Assembly (NCBI RefSeq): GCF_964194025.1 | Contig: NC_134470.1 | Span: 25,916,001 to 25,980,000 of the forward strand | Direction: 5' to 3' | DNA length: 64,000 nucleotides | Origin: Convolutriloba macropyga | Taxonomy: Eukaryota | Shown: in pieces, positions 1-14,942 of the stretch | Position numbering within the stretch: the stretch's first letter is position 1 | Layout of the letters: the number at the start of each line of letters is the position of its first letter | Notes under the pieces: model-generated | The model's input: the letters and a program-made list of their open reading frames with translations, nothing else | Told to the model about the DNA's origin: nothing | Database searches by the model: none | Position numbers and translations under genes: made by a program

Positions 1-2143
1 CAGTTAACTTAACTGAGATATTTAAAGACACTATCAACTTATCAAGAAAAAGAATAATCAACTACTATCAAGTTTGATAATAATAAGGAATTACGCAAGT
101 TGATTTCACTTTACTCACTTTACTCAAGAAAAGGAAACTTGAGTTTTATTTCCAAAAATTGCATGAATTGCATTCCATATCTGCGCGCAAACTCATTTTT
201 CAAAAATGACAACCGCAAAACAATTATTCTGGGTGGGGGCATAAAAGAATAATGAGATGTCACAAATCTTGTCGTTTTTAAGTAATAGTTACCTAAGTTG
301 TTATGAAACTTAGCTAGATTAGAAAAAAAGAGTTTTTGATTAACCCAGCTATGTAGCAAGAGCGGGATTTTCCATTCACATTAAACGAAGATTTGAACTG
401 ATTTTTGTTTGCTGATATGGAACTTTTTGTGTAAATTTGGTAGACCTTTTTGGTAGAAATATAGAAATATAAAAATGGACCTCATTAATCAAAAAATAGG
501 CATATGAGTTGAAATTAAAAAAGATAAGAGAAGAGATTTTCGTGTATGATTGACTGTGATCAAAACTTTTTAGAAAAAAGTGAGTGTAGTTAAAGCAAAC
601 AAAATTGTGATATGAACAACCAACTGATTTCCTAATACTATCGAAAATAGTTCTTATGAAAAATTCAATATGAACTCCAAGAAACAACCGATGGAAATCT
701 TTTAAACAAGATGCTATAAAACTGAACAAAAAACGGGGATTAATGGATACAAAAATACAACATCGTAGGAACTATTTTGTTGCCGTCAGCAAATGAAATG
801 AGTTTTTTTGTACATGCTTGACATTTTTTTTGTTGCTGGTTTAACTTGCATTATATGCGGATAAGTTATCTCAGCTATCTTTCTCAGTCGTCTTATAGAA
901 TTGGAAAAAAAATTGACGCTAAAATTTTTCTCAGAAAAAAGCGTCATGGTTCGCTCAGACCGTGAATCAAATTAACAAATCTTGGTTGACTTATTATTGT
1001 ATTATCTATTGCGACGTTTTTGCTTAAAAAATCTCTTTCTTGAAAAGTATAAATACAAAAATTCGCCTTCATTCATCAGAAAATAGGGATACGAGTTGAA
1101 TTCAAAAAAGATGATAGGAAAAAATATCTTTTTTGCATGGCTGTACGTGATTGTATTGGAAAAAGCTGAATGAGGTCAGGGTAGGCAAAAATGTTATATG
1201 AAGGGTTAAACTAATTCCAAAATGAAGTTTTTTATTGTAAAATATAATTAAAAACTACTACCGTCTCAGGAGTTACTTTTGCTACCATCATACAAATACA
1301 TAAGATTTGCATACTAAAATATTAAAATGACAAAAAATGCTGAAAATTTTGTTTGAAGTAATTTGATAAATTGTTTGAATTGTTTGACGTAATTATCTGT
1401 GAAAAATCTGAGGCACTCAATTGTGACATAAAATCATAGAAAAGTTGGAATTCTATGATGAGAGTTATTTGTTAGTCTATTTGAAAAAAAATGATCTCCA
1501 AAATTGTCCACATACAATGAGTTAAACTAAAATCTTTACTTTGTGTAAATGTAAGGAAAAGATGCTCTCTGGACTTTGAATTTTTGGTTTTAGTTGCTTT
1601 GAATTTTGTGTCAAATGTTTACCCAAGGTGCACTGAAAAAGCAAAAATCGAAATTTCATGGAACAAAAAGTTACCCTATGGTTCTCTTATTTTTCCACAG
1701 AATATGTGAACAATAATAAGAACTAAACAGGAACTAACAAAAGTAATATGCTAGTAATCATTCATAACTGAATAAACAAGTTTTGTGAGCTCTAGAGTGC
1801 CAGTAAATTCAAAGTTCATGTAAAACGGAGGAACACAAGTTTCCGATAGATTACAATTCAACTTCTCGGGGTAAAATAAAACTCAGATAAAATGTCTTTG
1901 CCAGGAATTAATATTTGTCAATTATTTTGCTCGTGGAAATGTTTATTGAAGTCGAATTCGACTCCCAGTTTTGGTTTATAAATTGCAATGAAAAGCTAGC
2001 AAGCCCTAATCTAAATTAGCAATGAAATAAAATCTCGTCTAGAAATATCTAACAACCCGTTTATTGCATTAAATTGAGATAAGAAGGAGAGATAATAAAA
2101 CAAAATGTTGGTCGACCGGGTCGTTAACGGGTCGTTAATTTTA

Positions 2144-5100
2144 CAAGTGTTTGGCGACCGTCATTGATCACATGCGTTTTTGAATGATCTCTTAATGTTT
2201 GAACAAATCGCCCGCAATGATTACTTTGTTACGAATAAAAAGTTTAATTAAAGTCTGTTAAGGTTGGAATTTACGCAACGTCTGTCAATCAATGCTAGCT
2301 CACCAGAAAGTAATTACGGAACTTTGTAAATTGTTTGACTTGTAAATAACATATTTGAACTTAGTTTGATTGAACGTATTTCAGGAAATTTTCTCAAAAA
2401 AAAATAAAATTAACGAAGTTTACGTAATTCTCTCAAATGAATTCTTAACACGGTTTAATAAGGTTGATTGATGTCTGCATTGGTTTCATGAAAAAAAAGT
2501 CGCATAATCTGATTCAATGAGCAGAATGCTGGAGTCATAATATAGATTTTAGTTCACGTGACCGACTTAATGACTAGTCGAACGCACATCATTCTCTGAC
2601 GTAAGGTTTGACTAAACCACAGTCTACAATTGACGCTAAAATCAAAATGATGTCGGCATGCTTGTTTAAAATCAATATCAAGTCACGTGGTGTCTGAACG
2701 AATTCTATTTTTCAATCTGTTCGAGCACAACAAACATTTATTTTTGCTACCTAATTTTTTTTCAACATCTGAGCAGACAGAAAAGCTCTCAAAAAACACT
2801 TACGCTGTCAAAAATATGTTTTTTTTTGGAAACGAGTCTTTGATATTGTCAATTTAGAAATTTATTAAACTTTGCATTAATTTAGTCGAATTATTAAAAA
2901 AAACATTATTAGGTAATCGAACAGTAAAAGATAATCTTAAGGGTTTGAGCCAAGACATCTGTTGCTATTAAGCCCTCAACGAAACTTGAGGTTTGATGCC
3001 AACCTAAGTTGAGGTCCCAAATCCAGATGCAATGAAGTATGTTCAGACCAAAGATGAACGCACGAGGGGGGGGGGGTCGTGTGTTCAAAAAATCACTTAG
3101 TCTTGAAGCATCGAAAAACGCACGACAGTCTGAACATGAGCGCAAAAAAGTCTGGACATGAACGCACGAGCGTCCGGAAATGAGCGCACGAAAGTTTGGA
3201 CATGAACGCACATAAATCTGGTCATGAACACATTAATTTTTTTCTGTCTTGTTAAACAAAACTACTATCTATCAGATTTCTTACTGCACTCTTACTCAAA
3301 TGGCACGCTTCAATACTGAAAACCGAAAATAATTTGAGTTCAAACTAAAAGCGAATGCTAAATGAGTTGCAGTCAACCTTTCGCGTTGTTGTTAACAAAT
3401 TTAATTCTTGCGTTATAAAAAGCAGCTAATGTTGAAAAAAACAAATACATGCCTTGAGGTTCCTAATACATCATATTTAGCAAAATAATAATCCAATAGT
3501 TTTTTAATTTAAGGCAAAGTTTTTCAAAACTCTACTAACCAGGTAATGATTTCGAGGATGTAATAGGAAAAAAACAAATTATTGAAATTTCAATTATACA
3601 AGTTTTGTATTATTGCAATTGGTCTAACTTTGAGCCCACTGAAGTCTGGTTACCACGAAAGTCTAAACATGAACGTAAAAAAATCTGAACATGAACGCAA
3701 AACATCTTGTGAAGGCAAGAAAGTCTGGTTGACGCACCAAAGTCTGAACATGATAGCACAAAAATCTCGTGAACACACGGAATCTGGGCGTTAACGCACA
3801 AAAATCTGGCAAACGCAAAAAATCTGGACGTAATATGGTCTGTCTGGTACGATCTAAACATAGACATTTCCCATTGGCACTTGAATCTGGAAAGATTTTA
3901 TGGTTAAGAGAGCCAGATCTTTTTGAAAAATGAATAAAAACAGTGAAAAACTAGTAAAGATTCAAAATTTTCTTGTTTCTAAACTGAAAGATAAAAACAC
4001 GAAATAAGAAAATTCCGGAGTAAACCGCAGTAATATTTTGCAATTAAAAATTATGCAATAATGTTTTGCGATAAAATATTGGAAAAAAATTGATGACATC
4101 AACGAGAGACTAAAAAAGCTAAAAAGAAAGTAGAGCAAGAAGGACTGTCTTATTGTACAAACTCACCTTTATAATGTTAGGATTAACGGAACGGTTGAAT
4201 GTTGTAAAATGTGAACGATTGAACGTGGTAAAATGTGATAAAGATCGAATGTTGTAAAATGTGAGAGGTATTAGATATTGTATTAGGTGAGAAGGATCTA
4301 AAGTCTATCATATTTGGCCGAAAAAAACAGAAATGTTTTGTATCACTGACCCTGCTGTAATTGGTAAATTTGAACACTGATAAAAACACGAGGCAAGTTA
4401 AAACTGAAAAACGCCCAAACCCCAAAAAAAACGCGCGCATAACCTTAATAAACGGTAAGTATATGGCCGTGACTGAAAAGCTACGAGCTGCTGAAGTATG
4501 TTAAAATTGTCTGCTGAAGCGAAAAAATGCGCGACAACCACATGTAACTGCGCAGAAACCTTACTATGCATTGGGCCAACTGATCAAACTGATGAAAAAC
4601 TAATTGCAGTAAATGATGACAATAATAACAAAAAAAGTCCGCAATAAGAAATTCTACATTCAGCTGAGTTTTAAAGAGAGTAACAAATTAAAGGTGCCAC
4701 TGAAATGAAAACAGTCAATCATAATGAGCAAGTCATGTGAAAACAAAAACACATTTTCTGATGCTCTGGATAATAATATTGAACAACAATCTCGTTGAAG
4801 CCACTAACACGATTATACGTGCCTTATTAAGCTAAAAATTTTTGCCTGTTGTGTTTTTTATTATTAACATTTTTTCACTGTGATAAAGTGAATTTAGATT
4901 TTCATTGGTTTGAATTCAACACAAAAGTCCTGAGTAGTTTAGGTTTAGAGGTTTGTGTTTTAGTTACCAGAGAAATATTCACATAACGGTAAAACAATTG
5001 TTCGTACTCGATGATTAAATTTCATCCAAATATTTCTCATATCAATAATTTAGGTCAGAACGTTCAAGTTTTTCAAAATACTCTTTGAAGAAGCAAAAAA

Positions 5101-8100
5101 GCTTCTCCGCAATGCTTTTGCGAATTCTTTTTTTCGCCATCACTGATTCTTCAAGTCGTGTAAAAATAAACAGGAGAAAACAAGTTAACGTTTCCGACAC
5201 AAACTCGAGGGATAAAAGAAAACTAAATAACAGCTTGAATATTATTTTTTAACAAAAAGAAAAAGTTCAAACCAAAAAATTCAAGTGTTTGGCGACCGCC
5301 ATTGATCACATGCGTTTTTGAATGATCTCTTAATGTTTGAACAAATCACCCGCACTGATTACTTTGTTACGAATAAAAAGTTTAATTAAAGTCTGTTAAG
5401 GTTGGAATTTACGCAACGTCTGTCAATCAATGCTAGCTCACCAGAAAGTAATTACGGAACTTTGTAAATTGTTTGACTTGTAAATAACATATTTGAACTT
5501 AGTTTGATTGAACGTATTTCAGGAAATTTTCTCAAAAAAAAATAAAATTAACGAAGTTTACGTAATTCTCTCAAATGAATTCTTAACACGGTTTAATAAG
5601 GTTGATTGATGTCTGCATTGGTTTCATGAAAAAAAGTCGCATAATCTGATTCAATGAGCAGAATGCTGGAGTCATAATATAGATTTTAGTTCACGTGACC
5701 GACTTAATGACTAGTCGAACGCACATCATTCTCTGACGTAAGGTTTGACTAAACCACAGTCTACAATTGACGCTAAAATCAAAATGATGTCGGCATGCTT
5801 GTTTAAAATCAGAATCAAGTCACGTGCTGTCTGAACGAATTCTATTTTTCAATCTGTTCGAGCACAACAAACATTTATTTTTGCTACCTAATTTTTTTTC
5901 AACATCTGAGCAGACAGAAAAGCTCTCAAAAAACACTTACGCTGTCAAAAATATGTTTTTTTTTGGAAACGAGTCTTTGATATTGTCAATTTAGAAATTT
6001 ATTAAACTTTGCATTAATTTAGTCGAATTATTAAAAAAAACATTATTAGGTAATCGAACAGTAAAAGATAATCTTAAGGGTTTGAGCCAAGACATCTGTT
6101 GCTATTAAGCCCTCAACGAAACTTGAGGTTTGATGCCAACCTAAGTTGAGGTCCCAAATCCAGATGCAATGAAGTATGTTCAGACCAAAGATGAACGCAA
6201 GAGGGGGGGTCGTGTGTTCAAAAAATCACTTAGTCTGGAAGCATCGAAAAACGCACGACAGTCTGAACATGAGCGCAAAAAAGTCTGGACATGAACGCAC
6301 GAGCGTCCGGAAATGAGCGCACGAAAGTTTGGACATGAACGCACATAAATCTGGTCATGAACACATTAATTTTTTTCTGCCTTGTTAAACAAAACTACTA
6401 TCTATCAGATTTCTTACTGCACTCTTACTCAAATGGCACGCTTCAATACAGAAAACCGAAAATAATTTGAGTTCAAACTAAAAGCGAATGCTAAATGAGT
6501 TGCAGTCAACCTTTCGCGTTTTTGTTAACAAATTTAATTCTTGCGTTATAAAAAGCAGCTAATGTTGAAAAAAACAAATACATGCCTTGAGGTTCCTAAT
6601 ACATCATATTTAGCAAAATAATAATCCAATAGTTTTTTAAATTAAGGCAAAGTTTTTCAAAACTCTACTAACCAGGTAATGATTTCGAGGATGTAATAGG
6701 AAAAAAACAAATTATTGAAATTTTAATTATACAAGTTTTGTGTTATTGCAATTGGTCTAACTTTGAGCGCACTGAAGTCTGGTTACCACGAAAGTCTAAA
6801 CATGAACGTAAAAAAATCTGAACATGAACGCAAAACATCTTGTGAAGGCAAGAAAGTCTGGTTGACGCACCAAAGTCTGAACATGATAGCACAAAAATCT
6901 CGTGAACACACGGAATCTGGGCGTTAACGCACAAAAATCTTGCAAACGCAAAAAATCTGGACGTAATATGGTCTGTCTGGTACGATCTAAACATAGACAT
7001 TTCCCATTGGCACTTGAATCTGGAAAGATTTTATGGTTAAGAGAACCAGATCTTTTTGAAAAATGAATAAGAACAGTGAAAAACTAGTAAAGATTCAAAA
7101 TTTTCTTGTTTCTAAACTGAAAGATAAAAACACGAAATAAGAAAATTCCGGAGTAAACCGCAGTAATATTTTGCAATTAAAAATTATGCAATAATGTTTT
7201 GCGATAAAATATTGGAAAAAAATTGATGACATCAACGAGAGACTAAAAAAGCTAAAAAGAAAGTAGAGCAAGAAGGACTGTCTTTTTGTACAAACTCACC
7301 TTTATAATGTTAGGATTAACGGAACGGTTGAATGTTGTAAAATGTGAACAATTGAACGTGGTAAAACGTGATAAAGATCGAATGTTGTAACATGTGAGAG
7401 GTATTAGATATTGTATTAGGTGAGAAGGATCTAAAGTCTATCATATTTGGCCGAATAAAACAGAAATGTTTTGTATCACTTATCCTGCTGTAATTGGTAA
7501 ATTTGAACACTGATAGAAACACGAGGCAAGTTAAAACTGAAAAACGCCCAAACCCCAAAAAAAAACGCGCGCATAACCTTAATAAACGGTAAGTATATGG
7601 CCGTGACTGAAAAGCTACGAGCTGCTGAAGTATTTTAAAATTGTCTGCTGAAGCGAAAAAATGCGTGACAACCACATGTAACTGCGCAGAAACCTTACTA
7701 TGCATTGGGCCAACTGATCAAACTGATGAAAAACTAATTGCAGTAAATGATGACAATAATAACAAAAAAAGTCCGCAATAAGAAATTCTACATTCAGCTG
7801 AGTTTTAAAGAGAGTAACAAATTAAAGGTGCCACTGAAATGAAAACAGTCAATCATAATGAGCAAGTCATGTGAAAACAAAAACACATTTTCTGATGCTC
7901 TGGATAATAATATTGAACAACAATCTCGTTGAAGCCACTAACACGATTATACGTGCCTTATTAAGCTAAAAATTTTTGCCTGTTGTGTTTTTTATTATTA
8001 ACATTTTTTCACTGTGATAAAGTGAATTTAGATTTTCATTGGTTTGAATTCAACACAAAAGTCCTGAGTAGTTTAGGTTCAGAGGTTTGTGTTTTAGTTA

Positions 8101-8410
8101 CCAGAGAAATATTCACATAACGGTAAAACAATTGTTCGTACTCGATGATTAAATTTCATCCAAATATTTCTCATATCAATAAGTTAGGTCAGAACGTTCA
8201 AGTTTTTCAAAATACTCTTTGAAGAAGCAAAAAAGCTTCTCCGCAATGCTTTTGCGAATTCTTTTTTTCGCCATCACTGATTCTTCAAGTCGTGTAAAAA
8301 TAAACAGGAGAAAACAAGTTAACGTTTCCGACACAAACTCGAGGGATAAAAGAAAACTAAATAACAGCTTGAATACTATTTTTTAACAAAAAGAAAAAAT
8401 TCAAACCATA
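2144..8410. repeat. Near-identical tandem duplication, ~3.14-kb unit (2144-5281 and 5282-~8410)
   Basis: CAAGTGTTTGGCGACCG starts at 2144 and 5282. ORF pairs 3610/6743 and 4183/7316 are nearly identical and offset by 3133 bp. Only scattered SNPs and homopolymer differences separate the copies. Confidence 0.95.
3050..3865 (+). repeat. Two clusters of degenerate ~20-23-bp repeats, consensus GTCTG(A/G)ACATGAACGCAC (3050-3235, 3645-3865; repeated at ~6190-7000)
   Basis: gtctgaacatgagcgcaaaaaa / gtctggacatgaacgcacgagc / gtccggaaatgagcgcacgaaa / gtttggacatgaacgcacataaa are directly adjacent, with no unique spacers. Confidence 0.8.
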
Positions 8411-9905
8411 AAAACAATAATTTCTTCTGTCGGGAAATGTTATCTCAATGGCTTTAAAAGTGGTATTGTCATTGCTTTTAAAATACTGAGTACGTTTTTG
8501 TTAAAAATTGAACATCAAACATGCTCGAAACTTCAAACCAGGAAAAACGAGCTTTTATACAAGTGTTTTGTATCAGTCCTTTATAAAATTTGAAACGGAA
8601 CGGTTGAATATTATAATTTTTGAACGATTGAACATGGTAATGTGTGATAAAGATCGAATATTGTAATACGTGAGAGGTATTGGATATTGTATTAGGTGAG
8701 AAGGATCTAAACTCTATCATGTTTGGCCTAAAAAAAACAGAAATATTTTGCATCACTAACCCTGCTGTAATTGGTAAATTTGAACACTTCCCTTAAAAAG
8801 ACGAGGCAAGTTAAAACCGAAATACGCCCGAACCCAAACAAAAAAACACGTGCGCATAACCTTATTAAATGGTATGTGGCCGTGACAGAAAAGCTACCAG
8901 CTGCTGAAGTATGTGAAATTGTCTGCTGAAACGAAAAAGTGCGTGACAACCACTTGTAATTGCGCAGACGCCTTACTATGCAATGGGCCAACTGATCAAA
9001 CTGGCGAAAAACTAATTGCAGCAAATGTTGACAATAAAGTCAAAAAATGCCCACAATAAGAAATTCGACGTTAAGCTGAGTTTTAAAGAGAGTGGTAACA
9101 AATTAAATGTGTCACTGAGATGAAAACATTTAATCGTAATGAGCATGTCATATAAAAACGAAAACACATTTTTTGATGATCTGGATAATACTTTTGAGCA
9201 ACGATCTCGTTGAAGCCATCAACACGAATATACGTTCCTTGTTAAGCTAAAAATTCTTGCCTGTTGTCTTTGTTGATAATTTCATTTTTTTCACTGTGAT
9301 AAACTGAATTTTGTTTATCATTGGTTTGAATTCAACACAAATGTCCTGAGTAGTTTAGGTTCAGAGGTTTGTGTTTTAGTTACCAGAGAAATTTTTAACA
9401 AAACGGTACAACAGTTGCTCGTACTCAATGATTAACTTTCACTCAAATATTTCTCATATCAATAATTTAGGTCAGAAAATTTAAGTTTTTCAAAATACGC
9501 TGTGAAAAAGCAAAAAAACTTCTCCGTAATGTTTTTGCAAATTTTTTTTGCCATCACGGATTCTTCAACTCGCGTAAGAAGAAACAAGAGAAAAAACTTA
9601 ACGTTACCGACACAAACTCGAGAGATAAAAGAAAACTAAATAACAGCTTGAATCTTATTTTTTGTCAAAAAGAAAAAGAATTCAAATCATAGAAACAGTA
9701 ATTTCTTTTGTCGCGCAAGGTTGTCTCAATGGCTTTAAAAGTGGCATTGTCATTGCTTTTAATATTGAATATATTTTTATTAAAGTTCATGAACATCAAA
9801 CATGCTCGAAATTTTCGCAAATTATTACTGCCAAATTAAAAGGGAATGCTAAACCAGGAATTACGAGCTTTTTAAACAAGAGTTGTGTATCAATCCTTTA
9901 TAAAA
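7319..9905. repeat. Older, diverged tandem duplication, ~1.3-kb unit (7319-~8590 and ~8594-9905)
   Basis: AACGGAACGGTTGAAT at ~7318 and ~8594. GAACATCAAACATGCTCGAA at ~8510 and ~9791. Visibly more substitutions than in the 3.1-kb duplication. Confidence 0.85.
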
Positions 9906-10336
9906 TTCCAACTACCTTGACCCATTTTCCTAATCCCTGTTTTTTAAGGGAGGAACAGACCCAGATTAAATGTTTGATTGACATTTTATTACTAATGCAG
10001 AAACAAAATCGAAAAAAAAGATTAGGTCAATGATCAATTATGAACATTGCACTGAACTGGTGTCAACACAGCAATGAGTAATTACTACTGTAAATTCACT
10101 ATCGTCTCCTTTTCAACTGCAAGAACAAAGAGAAGTCATACTCTGTCGGGGTAATGGAGAAATTTTCATTATATAGAGTTTTGACCAGATTTCAATTGGG
10201 AGCTGCTAAAAAGGTAGGAACGAATGAGCAGCGAATGACATCTGCCTATCGAAGAGGCGCCTAAAGCATGTCAAAAGCAGATGTTAGGAATTCTTTCCCC
10301 AATTTAGGGTTCAACAAAAGATCTTGGTATCTCACT

Positions 10337-10740
10337 AATAGATCTTAGTTCCGAATCCCGGAGGTGATTTTCTATTTTCATCAACATTTCATGAGAATCA
10401 TATATGGCCTAGGTACAATCGAGTTCTTCAGTTGGAAGTCAGTGGATGTTAGAATCAGGTTTCTGTAGGTGGGAAAATTTACTTCTGACACATGATTGAT
10501 AATAGTATTTATCTTTACAAAAAGTACAGAGAAAAATTATATTAGCTAAAAATATTTTACTTGGTTGCCATGCGAATAGATCTTAGTTCCGCATCCCGGA
10601 GGTGATTTTTTATTTTGATCCACTTTTCATGAGAATCATATATGACCTAGATACAATCGAGATCATCAGTTAGAGGTTGGTGGATGTTAGAGTCAGGTTT
10701 CTGTGGGTTGGAGATTTTTGTTTCTGACATCTGATTGATA
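10337..10740. repeat. Diverged direct repeat, ~165-bp copies ~238 bp apart
   Basis: AATAGATCTTAGTTCCG(A/C)ATCCCGGAGGTGATTTT...TTCTGACA(C/T)..GATTGATA at ~10337-10500 and ~10575-10740. Confidence 0.85.
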
Positions 10741-13700
10741 GGCCAATAAGATAAAAATAGCGCCAAAAGAAAATTAGAATCGAGTTTAGTTTTGTGGCCA
10801 ATACTTATCGACACAGCAACAATGTTCGTCAGGTAAGTTCTTCTTTCGTTCTTTGTAACTTTAATAGAGAAAACTTCTAAGTCTCTCGACGTTTCTTTGA
10901 AACCATCACAGGCAAAAAGAAAAATGAAGAAAACAAAGCAACCAAACTAAGTGTAAATTATAGCAGAAATAAATTAAAGTTTTTTTGAAATTTTATGAAA
11001 GAAATAGACTTGAGACGTTTTTCCAGACAAAGTTTTGGTAGTGAGACAAACCAAATTAATTTTTTACAAGATCGAAGACGAAAGGAGCCAAAGTATTTAA
11101 TGTTACAATAAAATCTTGCTACGGTACGGTAGCTGGAAGATCTCACGGGCACTAAAAGTTCTGAACAGTGGAGTTGCTGAATTGAATTACATCTAGACAC
11201 AGCATATGAGAACTTGTAGTTGCTTTTTCAAAGTTAAATCAAACATCAGATGAATTTTGTTACTGGGAATTCCAATGAAATGTACAAATAAACAGAAAGA
11301 AAATAAAATTAGCTTTGATAAAATAGGGCTTCCGCAAAATTTTTCAAAAATTTTAAGTGAATTGATGTGTGAACCATTATCTTTAATCCATAACCAATGC
11401 ATTAAGTGGAAAATTTTCCAAAGATGTTTGAAAACGGCTAAAATGATTACGGAACACAAAAACGGTATGTAGTCTCCAGCGGAACGATACCAATTTCACT
11501 GGTCGTTCCAAGGCTCTTTGGATATTATATAGACTGATTTTCAAAAAAATGAAAGAGAATTTTTCAAAAAATCGTTAACCTTATTGAAAGGTCCACAGAT
11601 GAGTAGAAAATTGAAACTAAGTAGTATCGTTGAGTTAATCGAGCAAAAAATTATGGACTTTGCACAATATCAGATCTAAAGAATTTTCTTGATGCAAAGA
11701 ATTTTTGAATCCAACTAATGATGTCAAAAATATTGGTTGTTCGAGCAGATAAAATTCAGCTCAGTCAAACTTGTTAATGATCCAGAATACAGTGCTTTCA
11801 AAATGAAAACGATTGTTCATCTCAAACATTTTGTTAGTGGTTTGTTTTTATTTATTGCTGTTCATCATCAATTTATAAAATCTATCCAACAACTCTTTGT
11901 TTACGCATTAGGGAAAAATTTAACAAATGAGCCATTAGAAAGATGAAAAATCTTTTTTTGAGTTCTATTGAAAACATTTATACATACCAAAGAGAATGAG
12001 ATAATCAAATTGGGATGAATGAGTGAAGGATCTGTCATTCATATTAGAACATCCGAAAAACGACAAATCTCTGTAGTTCTGTGCAAGCTACTGTGCAAAA
12101 TATTTTTAACAATGGGAAATTTTTATCAATTTAACATTTTGATAAGGAGTAATTATATTGAATCACAATTTTATTTGAAACGTTTTGCATATTTTAAGAG
12201 CTAATTACATAGAATCTGATAAGTCTTCAAAATTATTTTTACCGCAATTCAATTTCACACATTCTTAATTAAAGTCTAAGTTGTGTTTTGTTATGCTACT
12301 TGCTCTTGAAAAACCAAATTGAATGCCGAAATTTTTTGCGCTAATTAAAAACAGGATGTATGGCCTCACTTTGTTTGCTCATAAGTCGTGCTCTCATTTT
12401 TTTTTAATTGTTTAACATAAAGAATTTTCATAAACCAATCTGAAAGCGAATATGTTATACGCTGTTCAACAACGTCCGATTACAGGTCAATTCAATCAAG
12501 TCTTTCAGTACAATCGGCGCTCAATTTAAGGTTTTTTCATTGAAATGTATTTTAATGGAACACGTGATTGATGACTCAAAAACTTGATGAGCCAGGGGGT
12601 CCGTAGAGGAACATTCCGGTTTGTAATACATGAATTAAATTTTTTGTATGCAAATCCACTTTGTTAACATTTCTTAACTCCTCTAGAAAGATACTTGCTC
12701 GATTTCATCTGTAGTCCGTTTTTCAACTCTGATCTATAAACTTTAGACTGATGAGATCCAGTGACCCGAACTGTTGATGACTTCCGTCACAAAAAATTAC
12801 TGTTGTTAAAAAAAACTTACACGGTTAAAGCAAAGCGATATAAGTGTTCAAGTTCATTTGAGGAACATGAAACTCCTGTTTTGCTCATCAGTCCGACTGA
12901 CTAATAGGTAAGGTTGTTTGAAGTTATACATCTTGTGTGAATGGTATATCAATAATGTTTTCGAATGTGTCCTATTGCAGTTTTTCGAAGGATGTTGAGA
13001 GTTGCGAATTCTTATTGTAACAATATTGCTCTAATTAAAAAACTATTTTTATGACAACGACGGAGAGTCTCTAAAACCTTGTGAGGATCATCAAGGTGAT
13101 CAAAATGTTTCAACAGTGATTCTACACTTTGAATCATTTCTGCAAATTTCAGGCTACTTGTTTGGTGTCCAAGCAGCAGCACCAAATACTTCGAATCACA
13201 GCAATTTGTTTAGCAGGATTGTGATGTCGTTCTGCACCCTCAATACATACGATTTGCAGCATCAGATTTGTGTTTTTTTTTGGCTATAGAATTGATGCAA
13301 TTAAAAGAGGTTCTATCTGTTCACCCTGCTGCACTACATTGCGGCTAGTGAAAATTTTATTACCGCAAAATAAATGGCTGTGCCTTGAAAAACAACATAT
13401 CTAAAAGCAGTTAATCAGGTCATGTGACTGCATTCAGACGATGGCATTTTCTAATAGATCTGAAAATTTTTCTCTGAATACTGCTGCTTTAATGGAAGAG
13501 GAGGCATTCTGTTTTAAACTTTTCTTTGTAGAGAGAAAAATAGCCTCGGCACTCACTACAGCGGATATGTCTAACTGGTAGTGCTCAGACATTTGCCTAC
13601 TATCTCGTCTTGACTCCTATACCAGAAATTTTGCAACCACTACCTTTAGTACTTATTCAAGCGCAGAAGTTCAGACATCACGTTTGTTTCCTTTAATCCT

Positions 13701-14938
13701 GTCAACTTTCAAACATTTATATTGAAGACAGGACACAAACTGTGGGAAATTGCTTCTGCAGGCAACGTTAACATATTTGGTTTGATTTTTGAGTTTAATT
13801 TCCAATTGATATTGCGCAGTACATTGAACCGTGTGGCAGCAAGCGCTGAATTGGCATCGTACCCAAACTGGCAGCGCTATGTTTGGAGAACGCCTTCATT
13901 TGACCAGAGGCGGTCTGTTCACTGGATTGATAAGATCATGAAGACAATTCTGGTGTTGCTGGTGCTGATAGTTCGTTTTTGAGAGTATGTAGTTTTTCGG
14001 ATGTTTCATGTGTAGTTTTTTTTGAGTGAATCTACGCTCTCAGCGCTTAGAACTCTGGTTGCTCGCTAAATTTTCCCTGCAAACATAAGCCCTTTGCTAC
14101 GCCTGCCGGAATGTCGATGTACTAATCAGAACAGTCGCTCCGTTTAGCTTGTTTCAATGAAATGCCTCTTCACACAGACCACTGAAGTCATTGTTGTTCC
14201 TTCAATCAATTCTACTCAGCAGTAATTGTTCTTTTTGCAGCCTACAGTTTTTTGTTACCTCCATTTTGATATCTGAGGACATAGTTAGATACTTCGAACA
14301 ACTCTATTCAGTTGCTCAGGTCTTGAAAATCTCCGCGCACCCATTCAAAACGCCAGTGAGCAGCTGTGAAAATTTCATGCAAAACTTTATCGGAATGAGC
14401 CGTGTTGTAGGAATGGTTGCAGCGGTTTTGACTTTAGGTTCTTTAGATTACTGTTAAATTGGTTCTCGGATTGGTTAGTTTGTTGAAGTACTTTTTAATT
14501 ATTTTTCTCTTACCGAAATGCGAGTACAAGTTATCAATCTGACCAGAATTTGCTCTGGGTACCCGTTGGATGTTACATAGTTGCTAGGTGAAATAACGGT
14601 ATGTTCAATTTGTGGTAAATTTGATCCTTGTTTCATGCTGTGAGCCCAACTGAGATACCGTACTTTTGTGTTGCCATTGTTGTGTTGAATTATCTGAAAG
14701 CTTATCTGAGGTGACAGGGAAAAAGCAGTTCTGCCTACTCGAACCTCAAAAATTTCATCAACCCAGAATTCTTGCAATTTCTTGGCTGAGTCCCATTTGC
14801 CGAAAATTTTCAGTTCAGTAACTTTTAGCGTAAAATTTTCCATGCACTGGGTCAGACTTGTTGAGAAAACTCCGGATCTTTTCCGTTTGCATCCGGCAGC
14901 TTAGTGGGTGCATATTATTTGCACCCCGGAGTCGCACG

Positions 14939-14942
<4 letters not shown>

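Noticed and set aside
3050-3865. 22-bp repeats as a CRISPR array
   Set aside because: The repeats are degenerate and adjacent, without spacers, in a eukaryotic context.
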